DNA of 26,344 nucleotides from a candidate division FCPU426 bacterium (GTDB lineage Bacteria; Oederibacteriota; JAAXVQ01; JAUVAV01): NCBI GenBank assembly GCA_030637655.1, contig DAOWGI010000083.1, positions 1 to 26,344 of the forward strand, read 5' to 3'. Shown piece by piece: positions 9,401 to 15,435 of this stretch (position 1 is its first letter; each line of letters starts with the position of its first letter). The notes under the pieces were generated by a model. It saw only the letters and a program-made list of their open reading frames with translations, ran no database searches and was not told where the DNA came from. The position numbers and the translations under genes were made by a program.

Positions 9401-11444
9401 AATCACCAACGAGAATTATTTCTTTGTCAGGAGGCAAGTTACGTAAATCAACAATTGCTTTATCTTGATATTCACCCCCCTTTATTGCCTGATTAAATTG
9501 GGTAATTTGCTCAAACGCCTTTTCCCGTGGTAATAGTTGAGGCGCCTTTTTACCAAGATTGTGAAATATGCTTCTGAGAATATTCCTGGTTGCTTCCGGA
9601 AATGCAGTTATAATATTAGTAACTTTTATACTTTTTAAAAAAGGCGGAATAAAATCCATCACTCCAGATAATGATATTTGTTTTTTTCGTACCGCCTGCC
9701 TCACTTGTTCGACCTTTTTTACGGACCTGCAAACCAATAAAATCCAGCGCGAATATTTTTGCAAACTTACAGAATCGAGCTGGTCCAGCCGTGTCTCCGG
9801 CAAGCGGTCTTTGCGTATTGCCAGCGAAACATTAGGTGATTTCTTCCCGTTGATTGATAAATAATAAGCATGAAGTCCGCCCGAAAGCTCTTTGTTTTTT
9901 ATTTTAAGCAATTGAATGCCGGGAAATTTTTCCATATATGCATCTAAAGATTTCTTCTGATCATCTTTTAGGATCATCTTTATAGCGCCAAATTTAATAA
10001 GTTCGTGAAATGTTTTTACAGATAATACAACTTGTTGAGTCAATGCCGGACCCTTCTCCCAGCCATTCATAATCGCTAAGATCGTCTGATTCTTGGCCAG
10101 CAGCTTTTCTAAAGGTGTTTTGCGATCCTGGAGCAATTCAAAATACGGATTCACCATGTCCTGCCTGGTCACGCGCGGCTTGATGGAAACATAGGTGATA
10201 TCCCGGCGCTTGAGTTCAGCCAAAACTATGTCTGCGTGGAATCCGCCGTTTATCATGACTGCCAGTTTCTCGTCCAAATGATCCATTTTGCAAACCAGGT
10301 TGTCCACAAAGTGGATGCTCCGCTCATCTGCCAGGCGATAGAACTCTTCAACTTTATTTAAATATTCATCCAGCACATACATCTCACTTTCAATATTGGG
10401 CGATTCGCGAATCGCCCCTACGGTATTAATAAAATTGGTAAATTCTTTCATGCGGTATTTTTCCCGCTGTGCGCGGAAGACTTGCAGCTCTTCCTGGGAA
10501 ACAGAAATATTGAGCAGCCTTTCGACAATATCCAGACGGTGATAAAGAGCATCCAACTCCTGCTGTGTTTTATCCGTATAGAGCTGTTGCAGGATTGTTG
10601 CCTTCCGTTTGATCGGTTCCTGGAAGTTTTTTTTCGGGGCAACTTGGGGAGAGAAGAAATTCTGCTTCAGGCTAAGAAAGCGGGCTAAATTGGGATACAT
10701 GCTCAAATCCACTGGCAGCCTGCGGGCTGTGCGATGCAGATACGCGCTGTATTTCAGAATGTTGATATTACCTTTACGATAAGCCACGCGCTTGCCGTCA
10801 AATTTCAAAAGCTGGGAATTATAAATATCAGCTTTCAATTCTTCCAGTATCTCGCGCAGATCATAGCAATAGCCCTGGCTCTCGGCATTTAAAAAACTGC
10901 GCACTGCTTTCTGGCTGGCTTCATACAGTTTTGGAGTTTCAATGCCTTCCAGTTGAATAGCGCCGCCACTGACAGCAGCATAATGCTCTGCTCCTGTAAT
11001 CTTGCCCTGTTTAACGAAATAATCGCTCACTTCCTCCCGGACCTTTTTTATAGGGAAAGAGCTGATCGGCGAGGTATCAACCGTGTGAAATGCTCCTTCC
11101 TCACCCACCAGTTTCAATCCATATTTTTTGACCAGATGCTGAATAATACCGGCAATATTCTTTTGCACCTCGTAATTGCAGTGCAAATCCTGGATGCAGA
11201 CCACGGTTTTTCCATTGCCCTGAAAACCCCGGTTAATGGCGCCTATTTTCTCCGGAATGGTCAGCGCTTTTCCCAGGTGAGCAATCCGCAAAAAATGAGG
11301 TTGGGATATAGCATAATTGCCCGCATCAAAGGCCCAGGTTACGTAGGGCAGAATAAAGCTTACTGCAACTAAAATAGTACATGCTTTTATCCAGGTACGA
11401 AACTTGGGATGATGAAAAGCAGACATTGAAGTACGCATGGACAT
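477..11444 (-). CDS. Giant (~3,655 aa) multi-domain membrane protein
   Basis: Uninterrupted ORF 477-11468. The start is more likely 11444 (AAGGAA RBS, and it matches the paralogue start at 247). It has an N-terminal hydrophobic signal/anchor, IQDLHCNYEVQKNI and GGFH motifs, many TM segments and several enzyme-like domains, and ends FSFANAA. Confidence 0.93.
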   Translation of the reverse strand: MSMRTSMSAFHHPKFRTWIKACTILVAVSFILPYVTWAFDAGNYAISQPHFLRIAHLGKALTIPEKIGAINRGFQGNGKTVVCIQDLHCNYEVQKNIAGIIQHLVKKYGLKLVGEEGAFHTVDTSPISSFPIKKVREEVSDYFVKQGKITGAEHYAAVSGGAIQLEGIETPKLYEASQKAVRSFLNAESQGYCYDLREILEELKADIYNSQLLKFDGKRVAYRKGNINILKYSAYLHRTARRLPVDLSMYPNLARFLSLKQNFFSPQVAPKKNFQEPIKRKATILQQLYTDKTQQELDALYHRLDIVERLLNISVSQEELQVFRAQREKYRMKEFTNFINTVGAIRESPNIESEMYVLDEYLNKVEEFYRLADERSIHFVDNLVCKMDHLDEKLAVMINGGFHADIVLAELKRRDITYVSIKPRVTRQDMVNPYFELLQDRKTPLEKLLAKNQTILAIMNGWEKGPALTQQVVLSVKTFHELIKFGAIKMILKDDQKKSLDAYMEKFPGIQLLKIKNKELSGGLHAYYLSINGKKSPNVSLAIRKDRLPETRLDQLDSVSLQKYSRWILLVCRSVKKVEQVRQAVRKKQISLSGVMDFIPPFLKSIKVTNIITAFPEATRNILRSIFHNLGKKAPQLLPREKAFEQITQFNQAIKGGEYQDKAIVDLRNLPPDKEIILVGDLHTRLDNLKKTLNANDNLGKINRGEAVLVILGDAVHNEKQEKLAEMDTSIEIMQFIMKLKIQNKDNVYYVLGNHDYLSADFSINGVSQGKVYKNKLRERYGKDYLEKYEEFINSSPVMGVGDGIVGCHAGPVKGGVTLDDIKNVDVANKDNPIVYQLERNRYHEDYNYPDVKNFLGNIGQPNAVFVVGHSPKRDGKWCWEVFPNHYIIFAAHDSVGYASFVNGQLQFIDATNESADLSLADRTPGAIGGPWAEKRGWTPRQAGRYEGLAAAFIYFFPVLHFILKDTHTLIDFGWLIIVPAVVIFVAFLVAHYVWGVLVYDSGKSKYVSSLKLAEKQTPYQRFDLAAHAAMSATVSSLLLLGVVAMLASMPSQLPLADVMLARLAVPVGSFLHELVNGFKELENEENPVTGAESDKRPLPKEELSLGSIGFVAVVTALYVGFVNTSIGFSKLMLIDICLGWAIFPNKRVLKQDRWDGLTLEAKIKVLFTYILAAANIGFIFALAPLWGVIAFGLTSYWYMKIFVRELTPWRAYISSLGVAGLGYYASGIWFLFAGLALGVLFLGITIQRLSFELNREKGLTVPQALIKSLGSALRWQRGQNTILPKSAMTAMGGKLWGAKIIRIFETFTHNIFGSIGSLTYVYILQAAGVIWALYLGGIGLGFILPYTPEAIFNLIVIFVLAIIAVWLWKADFKPKYLITDPDVLRKNIENVFAGKKYSPITIVVGKDSANKKLEDKMKEVEKDLEQVAEEYGFKAAFTRPGQFHATVLYPKLKQLSAEDKAAQSNVVNPEDVERAFEQVRERIGKVPVWKGLVNGTLTLTNSGTVMWDIETPEFIAWANKFAEGFTGDEKEAIGDIVGWVAKELKHMELMRVKDLGKFTPAAEQAVIEVLQKHNANKTLKDTPLKYLNAKIGQFFGHFFAEAPKGVDTSKLQRSIELEKLELSGFDKDIKSGTAASLGGKFALLKTWTLKRFPMTEKTYDKYLVFIEIAWVLIAGGIGLWGLSSLWGTHPIMAQWLPTDSLMAISQSTFKLALILYPVLFHLDKLLPFLRTKTKTPLKNAVITAFISLITGLLWLAIPTYVFPSVNLLISIAAFLYLHYKFNRYCESKKVLPTEVKSRIQKKTLLSIVDSALAEANPGFAEDQFDLYYEITTEIVPKHESLLFVPDREKEAFWELQAEINELLEKNELKKIVLNWKGVDEQLLLLFPGRIIQEITAVVFLLLVFHYPGTAPLIAALMPALFYTLKRTDIFQAAHKGREEEMRLWWAGFVLAATMYLWMLILPLSIYALTVILKVTGVIPIILIFISANYGVKIGRKLIRDNDKARQLNIWVHAWYNKKVLEWRKKEKGLRARIAKTLPLLSIAAEKARAVKGMDTQENLTIFLRVIEKDTFSFLGIIKRPTFSKDRREAAKALNGYSKSVLKQSENLNGRLYKLFTYYVEKLAEPGSGDIVFQMALLNVFAKIDPSLMRPGLRRMLGKRSFSSEDISEIAAFAKKHDLKDLKSDFIKFLPTWEITSPTRDLIIGLLRNWGVAEEEIVTELVQSPREFDQGLVLLAARFKKPKSLPIYKRALQSADPYVRLQALLVLSNPEYIEFIDRDIVELIIQLLEENIYLEENIYNDTGILYGRINLAQEAFWALVRWGKGGKQDIVMPGVERKSNFLKDAYGDVSPGIIFKTGDDFHQCSLAGRLRELIKRIKEQAPDTDSAIASYVLDLRGTVEDKKTKKQPARTPGASLAKRLGWTPSRARKNDSVVITSLTMPYMFAVTWVNNFLINQGLTRLSAWLEFKETTRNYDAEIILNKAEQMGVSMQNLAELILQADDFDRLADVFLEKGLITRRPHSPEQKLVFVDQISELWDKVFPEYYPQKTEQIEEKTRSLKVDVKGKKVYLSVGHHDLYFYAGNLAEIIANHKVKKRAILLEERFPSYAGTCSACDIFLVKKYFTSNLGKADKLLSLFMAAIPTIAFLVYEFLLFYQGLPFIMQFDNNIVILVPIVLLLSGLPVIIILVRFFYYSFYQEGKFTLGDVIHDTFITQSERLWHWCKGRLGLAGAPDGQVRQDGEFEKYVENHRRFFLPMPLFMEQYKYLHGEYDSIISMRSVVMAALLQRLSAVKIVKGDREVSAVSGFLHGLEVEYLLKHPEIVEKILLEKVSEDKRPEFDKELDEISMYAVSAVTADIVPDNAEDMKRGRKPPAPTGGAMWRLEAWAKKLGISSRTYIRKFASPAELVIPGIPFFAIIFMATSLWAGNWAVTTKVIEASFFFYTLPSVGDEFKGGVFTRAHYDKSGKSGINESVLQERQEIANKLAILNSFVLIVVHFLFLSPGLSLGILFSFWIVSHYLVNFLTTMEPFDRESMRQFLGATKSNASLKDTSFGKIIYAKIYGKRDDFKQAIFGPMFGEKIEKNLFVECGEFYVERKLKPQAAKGLTSRLTEEDFETIISMPAWAGYIVKKSKDNIIWRTISRFIAWKLDQQFDKYAIKAIQAGAEAADELSKIYGPGVTWRTAGDLNKPAEHGVSAVAAFYSKQNVERQIGVSGPQILEILNIIGSMVNKKAGSLWDSVEMTKQLEITLGKGWDKNIKWTAYIIQNLSQEQIAKIENPALRLSLQSMREMILETIDQPELLEGVVRSIQEQLMRLKYGVNSAALKLELLNINEKDLPKKYDMAHLLFADKSEVPGIYQQIAAKLLDQVGENRKLKDVLNFIQSILTRENGILTAVESAQLKQILAQIAPDQPVFVNLGGGLLPYQVNAMVHNDRVVEKTVTAPSGQKVRVAIPAISHVFIKSDADVTANALDPATLVAVVPCQEVLPNIKPITAAIQRSFDQEVESLIGHAIFTKQFGKIEAPLQHYNAYCLAKSDRKKKAAKAKFARSLMSILKYQARQTGTTAKDYEAALLSLGKYFENSKMFGRETAVLGTYTSAANGPHKIYIPKALRMGAIVQNALLYSYKIEGAFEMEPDLAARINERRTLQFSFANAA
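2985..3770 (-). other. TraB/Tiki-like domain with internal TM hairpin (within giant CDS)
   Basis: KVYLSVGHH ... ILLEE ... MRSVVMAALL ... VSAVSGFLH resembles the TraB/GumN motif order H, E, R..M, G..H. Confidence 0.4.
4300..5270 (-). other. HEAT/ARM-like helical repeat region (within giant CDS)
   Basis: LPIYKRALQSADPYVRLQALLVL, DRREAAKAL and LAQEAFWALVRWG are HEAT-like segments. Confidence 0.6.
6640..7260 (-). other. 2H-phosphoesterase-like domain (within giant CDS)
   Basis: FTRPGQFHATVLY (HxT at ~7104-7112) and a degenerate second motif LKHMELMRVK (~6783-6812), in the order seen in ThpR/LigT-type 2H proteins. Confidence 0.45.
8720..9480 (-). other. Calcineurin-like metallophosphoesterase domain (within giant CDS)
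   Basis: Full motif set: VGDLH, LGDAVH, LGNHD, CHAG, VGHSP. Confidence 0.9.
10398..10421 (-). repeat. GTAG-type REP palindrome embedded in-frame in the giant CDS
   Basis: GTAGGGGCGATTCGCGAATCGCCC is 24 nt, exactly 8 codons (VGAIRESP), and of the same family as 413-437. Confidence 0.8.
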
Positions 11445-11615
11445 TTTGATTTTCCTTTTTGTATTCATTTGTAAAATAGTTAGTTTAGTGAGGTATAAAA
11501 ATCTATTGTTTTAAATATATCATAAAAAAAGAATAAAGCAATAATCTCAAATGTTTTTAATTGTTTTAAATTGGCTGTTTCAATTCGAAGCGGAGTTTGA
11601 GGTCAAATAAAAGCA
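11198..11615. repeat. Long direct repeat with 1-405 (paralogue 5' end plus upstream region)
   Basis: The coding part aligns at offset 11197. The upstream non-coding region stays alignable to about 405 and 11615. Confidence 0.93.
11514..11541 (-). promoter_or_regulatory. Putative sigma70 promoter of the giant gene (TTGCTT-16nt-TATATT with extended -10 TG)
   Basis: Conserved counterpart of 305-332. Confidence 0.55.
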
Positions 11616-11620
11616 ATAGA

Positions 11621-11743
11621 GCAATAGGGACGTTGATCGGTAATACGGTTATTTCTGATTTCTTCACCTGCTCATCACCAGCGACTATTGCTTGATCCGA
11701 TTTAGCGGTTAGTGCTATAACCGTATTACCGATCAACGTCCCT
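11621..11743. mobile_element. REPIN/MITE-like element, copy 1
   Basis: 27-bp perfect inverted repeats AGGGACGTTGATCGGTAATACGGTTAT (11626-11652 and 11717-11743). Near-identical to 12155-12278. Confidence 0.8.
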
Positions 11744-11754
11744 AAAGGCGATAA

Positions 11755-12096
11755 TCAGCCCGGCGGCCAGGTAAATTTCCGGCCTCCCAGGAGGTGCAAA
11801 TGGATATGAAAGACCTCCTGCCCGGCATCTTGTTGGCAATTAAAGACCAGTCGAAAACCTGAAACCAGATTCTTTTCCCGGGCAATTTGGTTGGCCACAT
11901 TGATCAGACTACCCATAAGCTGTGCTTTTTCCGCCGGAACCTCGGCGATGGTAGGAATATGCTCTTTGGGAACAATCAAAATATGAACCGGAGCCTGGGG
12001 ATTGATGTCCTCAAATGCCAAAAAATCCTTATTTTCAAAGACTTTTTTACTAGGAATCTCCCCGGCAATGATCTTACAGAATAAACAGTCGCTCAT
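11755..12096 (-). CDS. hinT: Histidine triad (HIT) nucleotide-binding protein
   Basis: DCLFCKII, AFEDINPQAPVHILIVPK, GQEVFHIHLHLLGGR and WPPG. A GGAGG RBS favours the start at 12096. Confidence 0.95.
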   Translation of the reverse strand: MSDCLFCKIIAGEIPSKKVFENKDFLAFEDINPQAPVHILIVPKEHIPTIAEVPAEKAQLMGSLINVANQIAREKNLVSGFRLVFNCQQDAGQEVFHIHLHLLGGRKFTWPPG

Positions 12097-12154
12097 TTTT
12101 CCCTCCATTACAATACGCTGGATCAGAATTCAGCTGATTCTCGGGCGCACTCAG

Positions 12155-12278
12155 GCAATAGGGACGTTGATCGGTAATACGGTTATTTCTGATTTCTTCA
12201 CCTGATCATTACCAGCGGCTATTGCTTGATCCGACTTTAGCGGTTAGTGCTATAACCGTATTACCGATCAACGTCCCT
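12155..12278. mobile_element. REPIN/MITE-like element, copy 2
   Basis: Same inverted repeats and orientation as copy 1. It differs by 3 substitutions and one 1-nt indel, all in the spacer. Confidence 0.8.
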
Positions 12279-12284
12279 TTCTGA

Positions 12285-14711
12285 TTAAAATCCCAGTGCG
12301 TAGTTCAGGGTTGCCACAAATTCCTCATAACTGTTCTCATCCGTCTTCTTATCCGTATACCCAATGCTTGATAAGGTCAGGCTCAAGGAATGAGTGGATG
12401 AAAAGTAATAACGGCTGGAAATACCTACAGTAAATAGATTGTTCTCTACCCAATCAATATCATCCTGACCGCCCAAATTTTCCAGACTCAATCCCAGGTC
12501 CAAAAAACCGGGTATGAGCTTGACATTGGCCCGAAGATTCAGCAAGGTATAATCGATAGTCTGCCGGTCTTTGCCAACATAAGACATCAGATACGAAGAA
12601 GGGGCAGCTATAGCAGACTCATCGGTCAGGCTACTGTTCAAGCCAAACCCACAGGACACGGACCAAAGATTGCGTATATACATGGCTGAACCCAAGAACG
12701 ATGAGGTTGATATATTCCCGCTCAGAGGCGATTCAGCCATATCAGTATAACCACTCCTAGTGTAGGTCAGATTCATTATAATCTGATCCGCGTTCAGAGG
12801 AATACTCGAGCCGGCTCCCAAGGTCAAAACTGTTGTACGGTTATCAATAATTGAAACCGGAGTGGTCTTATCCTTCTGATTATTCAGAGAATACCCGATA
12901 GAAAGGTTGGAAAAATAAGGCTGCATACGGTATGAGACCATGCCGGAAATAAAAGTAGTGCTGGTGGTCGCGTTCACTGTTATGGTATTGTTGCCTGTTT
13001 CAATATAGACATCATAATCTTTCTGGTTGTTCAGGTTGTCATCGTAGACCTGTACATCTGCCATAAGAATCAGATTACTTCCCAAAAGATAAATCTGCGC
13101 GTCGCCGTCAATTCCTTTGGAATCACCGATCATCCAGGGATTGCCTGCTGTCACAAAATTAGCGCCCACTTGTTTATACTCACAGGAAACAAAGCTATGA
13201 TAATTTCCCCATTCCCAACGAGTACCGCCGCGCAAGGCATCTCCGGCAGTTAGGGTTGTAGGGTTAACAAAGAGCTCCTCGTCCCCTTCCTCAAAATAGG
13301 CAGACATACCATACTCACCGTAAAATTTCGAGAAAAAGGAGGAGGTAAAAGGAATCTTAATATGCAGTTCTCCTGTACCTACCGCATTCCAGTATGGATA
13401 TGTACCGCCCCACTGATCCTCGCTTAAGGAGGCGGAATTGTCGATAGCAGCGCTGGTATTTAAAGAAAACCCGATCCCGGAAATAAAGTCCGAGAGCCAG
13501 CGAAAGCCGCCCATCCAGCGCTCAAAGGTGCCGGATCGCTCCTGATCCGGATCTGCGGAGGTAAAGCCGGCAATCGCCATGCGGTTAAAACCACCGGTTA
13601 GGAGTAATTCGGAATGTCCCTGGTCCACATCACCCATGATCCAGCGAAAATAGCCGCCACGAATAAACGCATTTGAGAGTGTGAAATCCGTAAAAGTCGG
13701 ATACACATCACCCAGCGAAAGAACAATAGCCGGTGTGACCATATCCAGGCGGAAGCGGTTAATCGGCTGTTGGCCGGGCGTTTCCTCAGAGGTAATATAG
13801 GCTGTACCCAAGAGATTTAAATCACCGGCTTGGCCCATGAAATTCACATTCAAACGATTGAGAAAACCTTTTGGTTGGTAAATATACGTGGAAACTGCCG
13901 GTACTTTGGAAAGACCCGCGTATTGGAGCTGCGCCCCAATGTTGCCACGCAATTGAAAGGCTGATTCTTTCTCAGCCTTTTTGGCCTCAGCCTGCCAACT
14001 GGTGACTTTTTTAGTCTCGGATATTTCAAAAGACAAGGTGGCGGTCTTGGTTTCCATTCCTTCTGTATTGCGAACCGTTACCTGCAAACCGTGCAAACCA
14101 GGCGCTAATTTTTCCGGCATTACATACGAAAGCATGGTCGTGGTTTTTTCCACTTGAGCAGTAATGTCTTTCTCATCAAAGACAACTTTCAAAGTAGAAA
14201 GATCCACCTCGCTCTTGCCGGCATCCATATGAATTACCAGCACCACATCTTCAGGTCCCAGTACACTGTTGACTTCAGGCGAGAGTAAGGTAACCACTGG
14301 AGGTATAGTTACTTCCCTTACAATTATACGATGCGGCGCAACCGCGGCATTGAGCGGAGGAGAGGTTACGATCTCATTGGCCTGATTCCGCGCTTGCAAA
14401 TAATACTCAACACCTGCGGATCGCACCAGCTTGCCGGAAATGGACCCGGCATATGTTAATCCGGTTCCCCGCAATATTTGTTCACGAAAACCCAAGGTTC
14501 CGCTCACACGATAGTACAGCTTGACCTGTGCAATGCTAGAAGCCGAATCCGAGACTGTAGCCTGAATGGCAATTGACTTGCCTTCCCTAGCATCTGTTGG
14601 GGGCTGATGCACCAACACAGGCACAGCACGTACCGTCAGAACTGTGAAAAAAAACAGTGATAAGGAGAAAAGGAGCGCCAAAGTCTGTTTTTTTATCACC
14701 ATCAGCATCAC
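12285..14711 (-). CDS. Exported protein with N-terminal Ig-like domains and a probable C-terminal outer-membrane beta-barrel
   Basis: Signal peptide, two beta-sandwich-like segments (VKLYYR, VEYYLQA, PGLHGLQVTV), amphipathic beta-strands and a terminal Phe (LNYALGF). The start overlaps the upstream stop (GTGA/TGATG). Confidence 0.75.
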   Translation of the reverse strand: MMLMVIKKQTLALLFSLSLFFFTVLTVRAVPVLVHQPPTDAREGKSIAIQATVSDSASSIAQVKLYYRVSGTLGFREQILRGTGLTYAGSISGKLVRSAGVEYYLQARNQANEIVTSPPLNAAVAPHRIIVREVTIPPVVTLLSPEVNSVLGPEDVVLVIHMDAGKSEVDLSTLKVVFDEKDITAQVEKTTTMLSYVMPEKLAPGLHGLQVTVRNTEGMETKTATLSFEISETKKVTSWQAEAKKAEKESAFQLRGNIGAQLQYAGLSKVPAVSTYIYQPKGFLNRLNVNFMGQAGDLNLLGTAYITSEETPGQQPINRFRLDMVTPAIVLSLGDVYPTFTDFTLSNAFIRGGYFRWIMGDVDQGHSELLLTGGFNRMAIAGFTSADPDQERSGTFERWMGGFRWLSDFISGIGFSLNTSAAIDNSASLSEDQWGGTYPYWNAVGTGELHIKIPFTSSFFSKFYGEYGMSAYFEEGDEELFVNPTTLTAGDALRGGTRWEWGNYHSFVSCEYKQVGANFVTAGNPWMIGDSKGIDGDAQIYLLGSNLILMADVQVYDDNLNNQKDYDVYIETGNNTITVNATTSTTFISGMVSYRMQPYFSNLSIGYSLNNQKDKTTPVSIIDNRTTVLTLGAGSSIPLNADQIIMNLTYTRSGYTDMAESPLSGNISTSSFLGSAMYIRNLWSVSCGFGLNSSLTDESAIAAPSSYLMSYVGKDRQTIDYTLLNLRANVKLIPGFLDLGLSLENLGGQDDIDWVENNLFTVGISSRYYFSSTHSLSLTLSSIGYTDKKTDENSYEEFVATLNYALGF

Positions 14712-15421
14712 TTCTTATCGTATTTAATGTTGACTTTGTGCTCTTTGCCGTCTTTGTCACGGACTATGGTTTTGAGTGTCTTGTTGGCCGGTTCGACAAC
14801 CGAGTCCCACCATTGATCCCTATTCTCCAGATCCGCTTTAGTGGGATCAGTTGGCGCTTGGCCTGGTTGTGCAGAGCTTTGATTCCCGGCCCCAACCAGC
14901 TTTTTGCCCAGATCATTGAACCAGTCCACCAATCCGTCCCAAACAATCAATTTGACAACCTTACCATTTATGCTGATTTCCAACTCAGTACCTTTGATTG
15001 CAGCAACCGCAGATGGGGTCTCGATTTCCAGACCACTGTCCTGCTTTTTAATTTTAGCCCAGAGATGGCCAACCAGTACTTTTAGACGGTTCTTTTTCTT
15101 TTTCCTGGCACTCACATTCAATTGCATGTCTGTGTTTTCATACAATTTTATCATGCTGCCGTCCTGCATAATGAAGGCAGCCCGGGCGCCCTCACCAGTA
15201 GTAATTTTATCCCCTTCAAAAAGCTGCATTCCTTTTTTGGCTTTAATCGTTTCTTTGCCGCGAAACACTTTAACCATGCCGTATTTTACTACAATGGTCG
15301 CCACTCCGGCTTTGGCTGGTGTCTGCTTTTTTGCTGCTTCTGCTTTAGTTACCATGACAGGCCCGGAAAGTGCCAAGAGCAAAGCCATGATCGATATTCC
15401 GATTGTCCATTTATTTTGCAT
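14708..15421 (-). CDS. FecR-domain exported protein
   Basis: Signal peptide, GDKITTGEGARA...DGSMIKL, and IETPSAVAAIKGT...VWDGLV. Confidence 0.88.
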   Translation of the reverse strand: MQNKWTIGISIMALLLALSGPVMVTKAEAAKKQTPAKAGVATIVVKYGMVKVFRGKETIKAKKGMQLFEGDKITTGEGARAAFIMQDGSMIKLYENTDMQLNVSARKKKKNRLKVLVGHLWAKIKKQDSGLEIETPSAVAAIKGTELEISINGKVVKLIVWDGLVDWFNDLGKKLVGAGNQSSAQPGQAPTDPTKADLENRDQWWDSVVEPANKTLKTIVRDKDGKEHKVNIKYDKK

Positions 15422-15435
15422 CTGTGTTTACCCCC

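Noticed and set aside
10627-10634. T8 homopolymer in the giant gene as a phase-variation tract
   Set aside because: It is short, similar A/T runs are common here, and the frame is intact.
342-11372. Numerous plus-strand and alternate-frame ORFs overlapping the giant gene (e.g. 2650-3324, 6313-7113, 342-731)
   Set aside because: They are antisense or out-of-frame shadows of a well-supported CDS, with no recognisable motifs.
11621-12278. Possible CRISPR array or integron attC cassette around hinT
   Set aside because: There are only two long units and no repeat-spacer periodicity or cas genes. The arms are perfect, without the attC RYYYAAC/GTTRRRY ends or extrahelical bases, and no integrase is present in the window.
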